Below are positions 47,611 through 60,725 of a DNA stretch of 64,000 nucleotides, one piece after another. A program made the position numbers and the translations under genes. The stretch is from positions 2,976,001 to 3,040,000 of the forward strand of contig NC_089435.1 of assembly GCF_026210795.1 (NCBI RefSeq), in the 5' to 3' direction. The notes beneath the pieces were generated by a model. It did not search any database and was not told the origin of the DNA. It saw only the letters and a program-made list of their open reading frames with translations. Position 1 is the first letter of the stretch. Every line of letters starts with the position of its first letter. The DNA is from Rhizophagus irregularis (taxonomy: Eukaryota).

Positions 47611-49573
47611 TAAATTCTTAAAATTGTTCAGTTCTTAAAAATTTTATAATTATGATAATCAAAAAATAAACAAAATTTTTCATTTATCTTGATTAGCTTA
47701 CTATTTTTTTTTTATTGATATCTGTGCAAGATTATAAAATTGAAACTAGTAAGTCGATCCTTTTAAACTGATAAAACAATTTTTCTGACTTGGCAGCTAA
47801 TGTATGACAATCTAGAAGTGTTAAATTGCATGATTTCTATTAATCTCACTTTTTTAAATTATTTTCATTAATAAAAAATGTACAAGTAACTAATATAATC
47901 ATAAGAAAGATATTATTATGTATTTATATATATATTATATATAATACACAATAATTTTAATAATTTATTTTTTTATTAAATCAAAATTGATAATTTGCTT
48001 AATTACTCTTGCTTACTTTTTCTATTTAACTTGGTTTTACTATTTAGAAAATTAATATATTACAATTTCTATATTAAGTATTTTTTGTATACTATAGAAG
48101 TACTGAAGATATCAGTTCTGATGGGAAAAAGGAAAATTAAAGCACACAAGTGATATTATTTGGATATCATGCAATGATTGCAATGTTATTAGCAATCTGA
48201 TGAGATTTCATAATTGCGATTATTTTTTCTGCGACAATTTTGATTAAATAATCGATTCATTTAAATAAATCATTTAAATCGATTTTGGTAAAATTGATTT
48301 ATAAAAATAATTCGTTATATTTAAGTATTGATATAAAAAATAATTTTGTTTGTGAGTTGTGACGTCTTCTGCCATAAAAATTTAAAATATTTTTATTACT
48401 GTGGATTTATAATGATTCACTGGAATTTATACCAGTTAGAAGAAAAAGTTTGAAATGATTTTGACTTAGTATAAAACACAATGCGCCATGCTTAAAGTAT
48501 CCTCCTGATATCCAGCGGAAAATGTGTGAGGTGTCACAATCGGATCGGATCTCTACAGGGAGCGAGATAACTGTTTCGCTCATATAATAACTTATTTAAT
48601 AAGACTTATTGCAAAAAATATTTTTTTCATTTTATAATCTCCACCATAAAGAGAAGTTTCTACTTCAACATAAATCTCTTTAAAAAACCAAAATAAATAT
48701 TCTAACTTTATACATATAATTCTTAGATATGTTTGTTGATCATAAACTTGATTTATGTTGCATCAGGTGATTTAAACTTTCATTTAAGTGAATTTTGCGG
48801 TGACGAAAAAAAACTCTTTCCGCAAATTTCCGGTACAATTTTTTTTTTACACAGCTGTTCCCTTCGTCACAGCCCAAGGGTTTTTACACATAAATAAACG
48901 TTTACACAGGGTTTTCACTTTTCATACCTTTCATAAACACTTTATTATATTTTTTCAAATCGAGCTACATTATTACGACTCAAAATAATTTTATATAAAT
49001 TTTATAAACAAATTTTTTCTCGACTCGTTTACCTTGTCCTTTTTATCCTAATAGCAATATTTTTTTTTTCGTTTCTAACTATGAACCCGACTATAACCCC
49101 TAATACACCGACCTACCCACTAAAATGGACCTTAAACTTTATAAACCTATAAAATTTCCCCACTTTCATTCGAGTTTCGCTCAACTTGTCAAGTCGGGCA
49201 CAAGACAGGTGGAGTCTACACATTGTACAACAACAAAATCGCCAGATATTACCTTTTACGCCTAAGACCAAAACTTTTGATTCGTACGATACTCGTTTTA
49301 TGGTGATCACAAACAACGAAGATTTAAAAACGCCACACCTAAAACAGTATTTCTCATCCTAAAAGTAACCAAACATAAATTACATAATTAGTAATTATCT
49401 CAACCATCAATTCCTAAAGCGGCTATAGAAGTAAACATAGAAATTTCAACCAATGGGTGCAGCTATTTGCTGAGCTCAAACTATATCAATTATAAAATAG
49501 ATGAGAAAGTAAAACGATTCCCAAATTCTCAAAATTCTAGAGTTTCAAAGAGACCGCAAAAAATATATAATTA

Positions 49574-49705
49574 CCGTATTTTGCGGTCCCCGAAAATAAG
49601 CACCCTTGCCAGAATTATGGCGATTTTGCCAGAATTATGAGAACCTTGGCCGGCATTAAGCGCAAAAAAGGGTGCTTACTATTGCTTATATACCGAAAAA
49701 TACGG
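49574..49705. mobile_element. 132-bp Tc1/pogo-type MITE
   Basis: TA|CCGTATTTT...AAAATACGG|TA, with inner inverted TAAGCACCC/GGGTGCTTA. Confidence 0.8.
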
Positions 49706-52700
49706 TACATGGAAAGTATTATCAGTCAAAGTTTAATTACCCAACTAGAAATGTAACCGATATAACTGCGAAAATAAAATCGGTTAAATAATCAAACATT
49801 ATCCAAAAAGAGAAAATACGAAGATTCACGATATAGAAGTGGCTGTTCTTAACGTGTCTCAATTGCGGAGCTTGAAATTGAGGATGTCAATATATTCGCA
49901 GACATATGTCTGTTAAATCATATTTTGACATTTCGATGCAGAAGAACAAAATCTAAAATTGAGCAAGAAAAAATTGAGGTTATAACCCAAATCTTAGTTA
50001 TTATAGAAACTTGGCGAGATATCTTAAGGACAGCGCATATACTTGATCAACTTGAAAGTAAACATCCGATTCAGTAGAAAGGCGATTCAAGAATCTAATT
50101 AAAATTTGAATAATTAATTAACAAGACCAGCAAAATACTCGATGATTTGGAGGAAATCTTGACTGCTTGTGACGCAAAACTTGATGACGTCACAATACTA
50201 CTATATGATAAGGCATCACTATTTTAAAAGCTTGCTAGTTAATCATAATTTCAAAAAAAAATTCTGGAAAAAACTCCGATAAATGATCATTGGTTTCAGG
50301 AGGTGGAAAAACATCGACAGCATTTGGAATCTCTATACAAAATTGGTCAATATATGTTGATTTTTCTCCTATTGGGGCCGGGAGCTTGAAAAAATCAGAG
50401 CTAGACCACCAAAGTATGACCAAACTGAAGAACAGAGTAAAGTATTTGACATGCTGGTTTCTAGTTTTTATTCCGAAAAAACTCAAACACGTGATAATTT
50501 TTCTGAAAAATTTTTTATAGGGTTGTTTATCTGTTAAATTAAAGTCTAGTGTATAGTTTCTATGTAATTTGTACTGTAACTTAGTTCACGTTGAAATAAA
50601 AATAAAAATAAATTATATGATGTTTTCGTTTATTTATACCTTTTGTTGCTATTTTTCGCAAATATAAAACCTTTTTTTTTAACTCGATCAGATTTGTATG
50701 TATTACGTACTATACGATATTTTTACACATTTACGATTAATATTATAATGCGGGCCAAATTTATAAGGGCAAATTGGAACCAGATATAGTAAATTTCCAT
50801 ATTTTAAAAATAAAAGCCTATAATTTTTGATCAATAATCCGATTTTAATTATCTCAGCGTAGTTAGATAAAGTTTATTAAGAAGTATTAATTAACGTTTA
50901 AGATTTTTAAAAATATCATTTCAATATTTTTTTATTAACATTTGAAATCGTCAATTTTATTTGGTATCGCTTACTATACTGTTTATTGACTTTATTCTTT
51001 ATTAAAATATTATTATTATCTCAATTACAATTAAGGTCACATGTCGATTCTATATAAATCACATGACTGCTAATCTTAAATTTTATGTTAACTTTTTCTT
51101 AAATATTTTATTGTTCCAGAACATTAAAAAAAAATTGTAATAGGTTGCAATGTTTGTTTGTTCTCATATTACAAAAATTTTTAAGTTTGAAATAAAATCA
51201 CATAAAAGGCAACTCTCTAATTTGAATACTTTTTTAGAGGTCATCCATTTGTCCAGTCTCTAACTTTAATTTTATTCTTTAGGTTTATGGTTGGACTCTT
51301 TAATAACGACGGTAGATATTTTAGGTTTTTAATTTATTTTTTCGTCCAGCCACTAATAACTCTCTTATTTCTAAGACACTTTGAGGAGGCAAGTAAATAT
51401 TTTCATATTTATTATTTTTTTTTTCATTCTCTTTATCATCTCATTCCTTTTGTCTCTTACATTTTATTTCTTTAGGTCTTTTGGCTGATCCTTCGTGATG
51501 ATAGGTAAGACATCATTTTCTTATCTAATTTTCGTCTCTAATATCTTATAGGCTTTTCTTTAAATTTTCTTTTTTTTCCTTAAAAAACTTGCCAGTTAAT
51601 AATTCTCCTGTTTTGCTCGCTATTATAATTGGTTAGTACTATTCCAATTTCTATCCTTTGACCAGTATAAAGAAAGTTGTAGATCATGATCTCTTTAAAA
51701 TCATAGATTTTGACAATCGAAACTTATAAAACACAAAAAAAAAACCCCCTTTCTCCTCCTTTTATTACGCGATTAAATACTTATTCACGCGAAAAATAGA
51801 ATTTATAATATTTAATAAACCTTTTTTAAGTAAAAGAGATGATATCGAGGGAATCCATTTTTTTTTAATTATTTTAATCGTTGAATAAAAAGATTATAAA
51901 AGTTAATAAGTTTCTTATTTTAATAAACAATATGCAACATATCTGAAAAATAAAAATTTTATAACACCAACAATCATGTGTTTTTTTTTTTCTGCTAGAT
52001 ATGTTCAAATATTCATTAGAACTGATTATGAACATTTTATTTATTCATTGAGTTTCAAACATACAGTAAATTTATCATTGAAATTGGGCTATGACGTGCA
52101 TATGCGCATGCGCATGCTGATTTCGCGCAGTTTTAATATCAGATATGCGTGAATTCATTGTATAAACCATTTAATTAATTTATCTTTTAATATTTTAAGA
52201 AATGCTTGATATTTGGTAAAGTATTTTTTAAGGCACGTTTGATATAAAAATTTTAATTAAAAATTTAATAAATTTATTTAAGCATAACAGATAATAATTC
52301 ATACAAATTAATTATCTTTAATAATAGCAACTATATCTGATTATCGCAATGTGCAACAAGCGTAACGCCTAATAAGAGACCAAACAAAACTTTGAGTCAT
52401 AATGATTATATTTTGTGTACTAACATTTTTATTTTTTTTTTTACTTTATTTTACATATGTAATATTCCCATTTATTTTACAATAAATGAATATATGCCAC
52501 TTTTAAGTGCAAAACTAAAAAAACTAAAAAAAAAATGAATTTACCGTATTTGGCATATTTATTATTAATACTTCCGGATTGTTTATTCTAAAAAGAAATT
52601 TTAAAAATTCGATGTTACAATATTAAAAAAAAATTTTGTTTTTTATTAGAAGTATTAGATAAAAGTTTTTCATTGGCCGAGCGACCTTTCTTCTGGCGTT

Positions 52701-52905
52701 CACAAGGAAGATTACGGGACTTGATATAAGTTTTGGAAGTCTTTATCGTTCAATTTTGTTTGAGCTCAACATAGAATGCGAGTATTTTGGCCATAATTTT
52801 TTTTTTTATTTTATATCTCTTTTTGTCGCAAATTTTTTTCATTTATTAAGAGGTTCATTAGTAAGAACGTGTATGCTAATATGCTATCGTTAATACTTAA
52901 TATGG

Positions 52906-52995
52906 GGTTATACTAATTTTCGCCCCTAGTTCCATTGATTCCGTCTGGTGAATCGGGTCCGATTGATCAACATCGGGGCGAAAATTAGTATAGCC
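52906..52995. repeat. 90-bp MITE-like inverted repeat
   Basis: GGTTATACTAATTTTCGCCCC / GGGGCGAAAATTAGTATAGCC (20 of 21 match); no TSD seen. Confidence 0.6.
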
Positions 52996-53317
52996 AATTT
53001 TATAATATCTGATATGCAAATCGTTTAGTAATTACTCTGATAGAAGGGTCTTATTTAAACATTCTAACATGTATAAAAAAAACTTTGATTTATTAAAAGA
53101 ATAATATGGAAAAGTGAGAAAAGGGCTTCAAACTGTTTCTTTTAATAGTTAAATTAAATATTTCTTTTTTTTTGATAAAAAATCATTTATCGTTCCTCCC
53201 TGATTTCACAATTTGATTCCGTGCTTATTCATTATTACTGCTGAAACTACTTAAATAACTAGATAAAAAAAATCTTCAAATTAAATAAGTACTGTACATT
53301 TAGATATAAAAAAGGTA

Positions 53318-53827
53318 TCGGGACTTTTCGCCGATATCCATTTCGTTGAAACCCATCTCGTCGAAACCATTTCGTCAAAGGGATTATTTCGCTGAATGAA
53401 TATTTTGCCAAATGAATATTACGCCGAAAAATTATTTATTCCATTTGGTTATTTATTGTTTTTATCCAAAATAGTACATAAAGAAATATCTTCCAGAAAA
53501 TTTTTTGAATTAGATGATTTTTATTAAATTTATTTCGGTATAATACATTAATCTATTTTTTACTTGCTTTTTTCAGTTGTGAATAAATGTTATCAGGAAA
53601 ATAAAGTTATATATTTATTGCTTAATAATAATTAATATCAGTTACTTGAATGTTAAAGTAATAATATCCTGGAAAAAACTAGAAATAATCATTGCGCGAT
53701 GAATATTTTTTATAAAAATGTTAATCGCTACCATTTTCGACGTCGGCGAAATGGAATCCGGTGAAATAGATTCGATAAAATGCACTTTCGGTGATCTGTG
53801 AAACATCTCTTCAGTGAAACATCCCTG
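53318..53827. mobile_element. Degenerate ~510-bp MITE
   Basis: TA-flanked ends TCGGGACTTTTCGCCGA / TCAGTGAAACATCCCTG, with TTTCG(C/T)CGAA-type subterminal repeats in inverted orientation. Confidence 0.55.
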
Positions 53828-56800
53828 TACTGTAACCATAAAAAAAAAATATATTTTTGTAATTTGATAATTTTATTTCATCTTATTTTATTTATTCATT
53901 TTAATCTTTGTTAGTTACAGGACCGAATGATTGAATAAAATTGGCCGCGCCAACCCCGACGCTTTTGATTATGCTATGTTAACGATTGCAGATCTATCAA
54001 TCCGAAGTATTAAAGCTGGCGTTAAACATTATAGCAATAGGAGATGGTCTTTTATGCTATCACAATAAAATACACGTGAAATGACAGAGCTTAGATTGAT
54101 AGTAAACCGAATTTTTGACTCGAAGAGTTCAACATGCGGGCCGAAAACCGATCGTAATTTTACTCGAATGAGATGGAAAATATTATCGGCATATTCATAG
54201 ATTGTGATGATCATACTTTATTACTTTATTCGGAAACTTATTGTTACACACTATTACTGTACATGTTTAAAAAAACAATTTTGTAATTTTTTTCCGCAAG
54301 AAATGTCTAATTACTCCCTAAACCTGTTTATGTTCCAAAGATACTATATTGGGAGATTTTGCCTATTTAAATTTGGAACGATATGATTGAGTTTCGGACA
54401 TACGGCAAATTTATTATTTAATTTGGGATACAACATGCATATGCGCATGCGCATGATTATTTCAATATGCTTGAATTCATTAGTACATAAAAAAATTTGG
54501 TTTTTTTAATCTTTTAAAAAATGTTTGGGCGGACTCGCTTGCTAAATGGTTTGTAAAATTTAATAAATATATTTTGGTATGATAATTTATAAATATAATT
54601 TTTTGTTTTTTTTTTTGTAACTATATCTGATATAATTAAATTTGGTTGAGCAACGTGCAACAATAGTGACGCCTAATGAAACCTGAGTCATACAGATTGT
54701 TTTTTGTGTACTAAAAAAAAAAATTTGATTTACTGTATTTGGCATAATATTATTCTCGGATTTACAATATTCATAAATCCTTTGTTGGTGCTCATGTAAA
54801 GGACTACGATACTTGATAGATAGAACTTTTGTCGCCCAATTATATTTTAGTCCAATATAGAATGGGAGTATTTTGGTTATAATACGTATTATTATCAATT
54901 TTTTTTCATTTATTTAAAAAAATTCATTAGTGAGAACGCGTATGCTAGTATGCATGGTATTGTGAATGCTTTAATATGTAGAAGTTTATTCGTATGAAAT
55001 GATAAAATACAGTATAATACTTTCATTATAAGGAGGAGGGGTTTATTAAACATTCTAACATGTAAACATTATTTACTTTTTTTTTAAATAAATCATTAAC
55101 ATGCGTAATATTTTATGAAAAAATAATAAAAAAATAAAAAAATCTTTTTTTTTTTTTTTTTTTTTGAGAAAAAAAATTATTTTTTTCGTAATTTTTTTTT
55201 TATCAAAGAAATAAGCAAGGGGAAGTTTATATTTCATATACACAAATTCATCGATCTTATATAAAAACGTCAGAACTTAATATTTTAATTTAACTTTTAA
55301 AAGAACAATAAAGTAAAAAAGAATATATATATATTTTTTTTTCACAAAAAAAAAGAAAAAAAATCTTTTATCGTTACTCCCAGAAAAAAAAATTTATTCT
55401 GTAATTTTGATTCCTGTTTATTCCACAATAATATAAATAAATATATTTACTAGTTTAATAATAGTGAATGATTATTATTGTTGAAAGATTATTTTAAAAA
55501 CTCTAAAAAAAAAAATAAGATTAAATCAAATATTTACGACTAAATAAAGAATATATTATGTGTATTTGTATTATTTATTATTTATTTTTATTTTATTGTT
55601 TATTTATTTAAATCTTTGCTTCTTTTTTATTTATTAAAAGTTCTATTTGCATATTTGCATAATAAATGTATGAAGTTGAACAGTCACAGGACCAAATGTT
55701 TGGATGAAATGAGTCACGAAGTGGCCATTTCACCAATCAATACGCTTTTTAATTATTATTCTATATTAATTACAAATTTGTCAATCTGCAATCCGCAATA
55801 AACGCTATATTTTGCAAAATGAAGATGATTTTTTATGCTATCATAATAAAATACTACCTAGAGGACTGAGCCAACCTCGAGTAAAACGAATTTTTTGACC
55901 CAAGTCGAAGCTGAAGTGCGGGACAAAAACCCAATCGTAATTTTTACAGTGCCAGCCGAAGTTGTAATAATCATAAAAATCAAGTTACACGCAGCACAGT
56001 GTGACCTCAAAAAAATATGCATTCGGCTTCTCTATAAAGAACTTTATCCAAATATTTCTCGTTATTTCTCCTCCAAATCATTAGATTTTGATGATCATTG
56101 TCTCACTTCTAAAAATAAAAATTTATAATACATCATTCATTCTAATCAATTGACGCAACCGTCTTGATACACCTCGTTTGTCATAGACCGGTCTAGGCCT
56201 TTCCTTTTTTGGTATAAGTTATATGTAGATCGCTGGCTAAAATATATGTCGCACCTATCACCTTTGGTTGATTCCACAAATTGGCCGATATGCACAAACC
56301 TGTTTATGTCCAAAACCTAACTAGATTAAGACATTTTACCTATTTAAAGTATATCTGATATGATTGAGTTTCGGAAATACAGCAAATGTCATTAGGCGAC
56401 GTTATGGCGGACATGCAAATGCGCATGCGCATGCGCATACTGGTTTTCGCGTTAAGTTTATATGTGTGAAATATAATAAATTTGATTTTTTAAATTTTTT
56501 GAAAAAAAGGGCAAAAGCTTTACAAACGCTTGATAAATAATTTGTAAAAAATAATTTAAAATTAATAATTTATAAATATAGAAAATTTTATTCTTAGTAT
56601 CCGATTGTGTTAAATTTGATTGAGAAACGTGCAACAATCGTGATGCTTATCAAGTGAAAGAGACCAAATAAAACTTGAGTCATATTGATTTTTTTTTTTT
56701 TGCATTCTAAATCGAGTACCTAAACTGAAAAAAAAAAAAAAAAAAAAAGAATTTACTGTATTTGACATATTTAGGCGTAAGGAAATATTATTACTTCTGG

Positions 56801-59800
56801 ATTGTTCATTCAAATTCCTTTTACTTTTTCATTAGGAGTACAAGATAAAGAGTTTTCCATCGGCCGAGTCGTCTCTTTTGAGGAGGAATATGGATGGGGA
56901 TTTGATTAGAAAATTCTAAGCTTTATCGCTTGAGTCTAACATAGAATACGGGTATTTGAATCATATTCTTTATCTCTTATTATTGTCACAATTTTTTTTC
57001 ATTTACGGTATTCCCATTTATTAAAAGAAATTCATTAGCGTGAATTCCAATATGTCACCATGAATATTTTGATATGCAAAGGTCATCTTAAAGTGTGCCT
57101 CTCTTTCGATGATCACAAGAAGGATTACGGACGTGATAAAATCTTTGGACTGTCTTTCTTAGCTTTTATCACGCAATTTAACATATGCGGGTGTTTTAGT
57201 CACAATGTTTTTAAAATTTTCGCAATACAACCATTTCAATGAACAATCTGTATTTATAAGGTACAATGATTTCTCATAGATTAGCTCATCAACATTTAGT
57301 ATTTTTTTTCATTTATTAAGAGATTCATTATTGTTATAAATATTATATTATGAAAAGGTTAATTTGTTTAATTATCTTATAGAAGTGATGAAATTGCGCC
57401 CTCTCTTTCGATGATCACAAGAAAGACTACGGACGTGATAAAATCTTTGGATTGTCTTTCTTATCTTTTATTACGCGATTAGCTTTAATCTAGGGAAATG
57501 TGAGTGTTTTGATCACAATTTTTTATCTTATATATTTTATTATCGCAAAATTTTTTCATTTATTAAAAGAAATTCATTAGCAAGAACGTGAATGCCAATA
57601 TGTCATTATGAATATTATAATATGCAAAGGTTATCTTGTAGAAGTGATGAAAGTGCGCCCTCTCTTTTTCGATGATCACAAGAAAGATTATGGACTGATA
57701 AAATCTTTGGATTGTCTTTCTTAGTTTTTATCACGCAATTTAATATATGCGGGTGTTTTAGTCACAATTTTCAAAATTTTCGCAATACAACCATTTCAAT
57801 TGATTACTGTGAAACGCCCTCGAGCGAACAATCTGTAGTGTAAGGTACAATGACTTCTCATGGATTAGCTCATCAAAATTTACGGTATTTTTTTTTCATT
57901 TATTAAAAGAAATGATTCATTATCGTTATAAATATTATAATATGAAAAGGTTAATTTGTTTAATTATCTTATAGAAGTGATGAAATTGCGCCCTCTCTTT
58001 CGATGATCACAAGAAAGACTACAGACTTGATAAAATCTTTGGATTGTCTTTTCTTAGCTTTTATCACGCAATTTTTTTGAGTTCAGGGAAATGTGGGTGT
58101 TTTGATCACAATTTTTTATCTTATATATTTTATTATCGCAATTTTTTTTTTCATCTATTAAAAGAAGTTCCTTAGCAAGAACGTGAATGCCAATATATCA
58201 CCATGAATATTATAATATGTAAAGGTTATCTTATAAAAGTGATAAAAGTGCGCCAAAGATCATAAGAAAGATTACGGACTTGATAAAATCTTTGGACTAG
58301 CTTTTATCACGCAATTTAACATATGCGGGTGTTTTAGTCACAATTTTTTTAAAATTTTCGCAATACAACCATTTCAATGAAACACCCTCGAACGAACAAT
58401 CTGTATTGTAAGGTACAAATGATCTTATGGATTAGCTGCTGCAGCTTATAATATTTACTGTGTCGTAATTTTTTTTTTTATTTATTAAAAGAAATTCATT
58501 AGAAAAAAAATGTCATCATGAATATTATAATATGCAATCGTTTAATTACTCTAATAGAAGTTAATGTAAATAAAATAATTTCGTAATATATCATTAAGGA
58601 ATTTATTTAAAACATTCCATAACATTTTATTATTATTTTTTAAAAATAAAACATCAATTAACGAATATCATGAAGTTCAGAGAATACAATTTTTATGACA
58701 ACATTTTTTTTAAAAAAATTTTTTATCAAAAAAAAAAAGCAAATCCTTCTAAAGAAATGAGGGCGTCAAAAAAATAATTTAATTTAGCCTTTAAAAGAAC
58801 AATTAAGATAAAAAGAATGTTTTTTTTTTCTCAAAAAAGAAAAAAAGCCCCTATCGTTCCTCCCCATAAAACATTTATTCCGCGACATATTCCGTAAATG
58901 CAAATTTCATTTACGGAATAATTAATATAAGAAAAAAAATCTTCGAATCGTTATAATGACAAATCTAATTGTGGTATATAATACCATATTTTAAAAAACA
59001 ATAAAAATAATTTAAAGAAATTCAGCCCCATGTTCTAAGTCTAGAATATTTATGAATCAGTTTTATTACAATCAAAAAAAGCAATTATCGAAGATCAACA
59101 AAAAAAAAAAAAAAAATTAATTATGCAGGCTGAAATCACACAACGCTTACTAATGAAATCTTATTATTGTAACAGATAACAGATTACAATATATTTAATA
59201 TATTTTTATGTACGTACATATAAATTTATTTATTAATTGTTACTATAACAAAATTTTTCGAATATTTAATAATTAGATTATCTTTTAAAATCTTCTTTAC
59301 CCAAAGTAGGAATAAACAGCCACAAGCGTATTTATCTAACTAAAATAATTAATTTATTTTTAAAATTTCAAAAGTTTAATTTATTTTTTTTTTGGAATCA
59401 ACCTAAATTAAGCATTTTATAAAAAAATTCAACTAATTTGTTCATATCAGTATCACAGCCATTGTGCTACATGATTATCTCGATCAAAGTTTCATTAAAA
59501 AAAAATGTCCGGTGTTTTTATTACGAAATAATAAAAATAAACAATAAAATAATAATAATAATAACTTGTTATATTTCAATTAAAAAAAATAAAATTTTCT
59601 CATTTTATTCTATAAAGAAAAAAAAAAATAAAATTATTTTTTTTAAAGAAATTAAATTTTTATAACATAATTTTCAAAGAATTTTATATATCATATCACG
59701 ACTTTGCATTGTTCAACGATCATTACACATATTATAATATTATAACACTAATCAGGGGGACGATTCCAAACGTTATTAGGATCGCCTGCATAAAATGTTG

Positions 59801-60725
59801 CATAAATAAACAAAGTTCCATTTATGTATGTATTCATTAAAACTATGATGATTGTATTAAGTTTAGTAAATAACGCAATGTCACAATTAATATTTAATTT
59901 AGGATATTTTCCCGATTTTTACTTCATGCCAAGACAAAAACTGTCCATTGGTGATAAATATGTGGAATTATATTTATAGTTTTTCTGTATTGTAATACGA
60001 AATGTCAAAATGGGACATTAGATACTAATATTATATTTTCATTTGGTCCGGATGTTAAACGTAAAGATTACACTTGAATAAGTAACACATGTTGCATTTG
60101 ACCATTATTGGAAATTGTTTTGTTCAAACTTTATCTATCAAAAAATTCTTGTTCGTGGAGAACTTCGGTTACACATACAGTAATTGTTTCAAAAAAATTC
60201 GAATGAACTCAGATAAAAGTTCGATAATATGTATGCATTTTATTTTTGGTTTAAGTCAATAACAATTATTTCTGGGGTATTAACATTTAAATTATTACTA
60301 AAATTTTACTTTACGTACAATAGGAAGAATTATTCCGGTATCTCCTTATAATAAATATTATCTGTTATCGTAACACTAAATTTATCGTAACGCAAAGTAT
60401 CAAGTATCACAAGATTACCGCGTAGATCAACGCTTTGGAAAAACATGACATGATTGACCAAAATTACATTTTTTTTTTTTAAAAAAAAAGGATAAAAAAA
60501 GAATCCAAATTTGTTTAAATGAAAACAAAAAATGATTTGTTTTTTTTTCGTGTCACTAATTATTATATTTAAACACCAGTTCAAAGATTAAGATTTAATT
60601 ATACGTGAATAAATATTTACAAAAATATTTATACACACATATATAAAAGAACTCCTCCTCCTTATTTTTTCACGTAATTTATCTTACATACTCTATCTAT
60701 TTTCATGAATTATAAATAAAAAATT

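Larger units (their letters stand above)
52080..58950. repeat. Three diverged copies of a >1 kb non-coding module; the third has internal tandem expansion
   Basis: TGCGCATGCGCA at 52103, 54442 and 56420, each followed by colinear GTGCAACAA.., TTTAC(C/T)GTATTTG(G/A)CATA, TTCATTAG and ATCGTT(C/A)CTCCC blocks. GATCA(C/T)AAGAA(A/G)GA..TGATAAAATCTTTGGA occurs five times at ~57100-58300. Confidence 0.85.

Noticed and set aside
49030..50230. GC-richer stretch resembling a decayed gene
   Set aside because: Multiple stops and no recognisable motif, so no product can be assigned.
50240..50522. Orphan TTTTTTATAGGG end of the CCCTATA family
   Set aside because: No matching left TIR or TSD was found, so no element was delimited.
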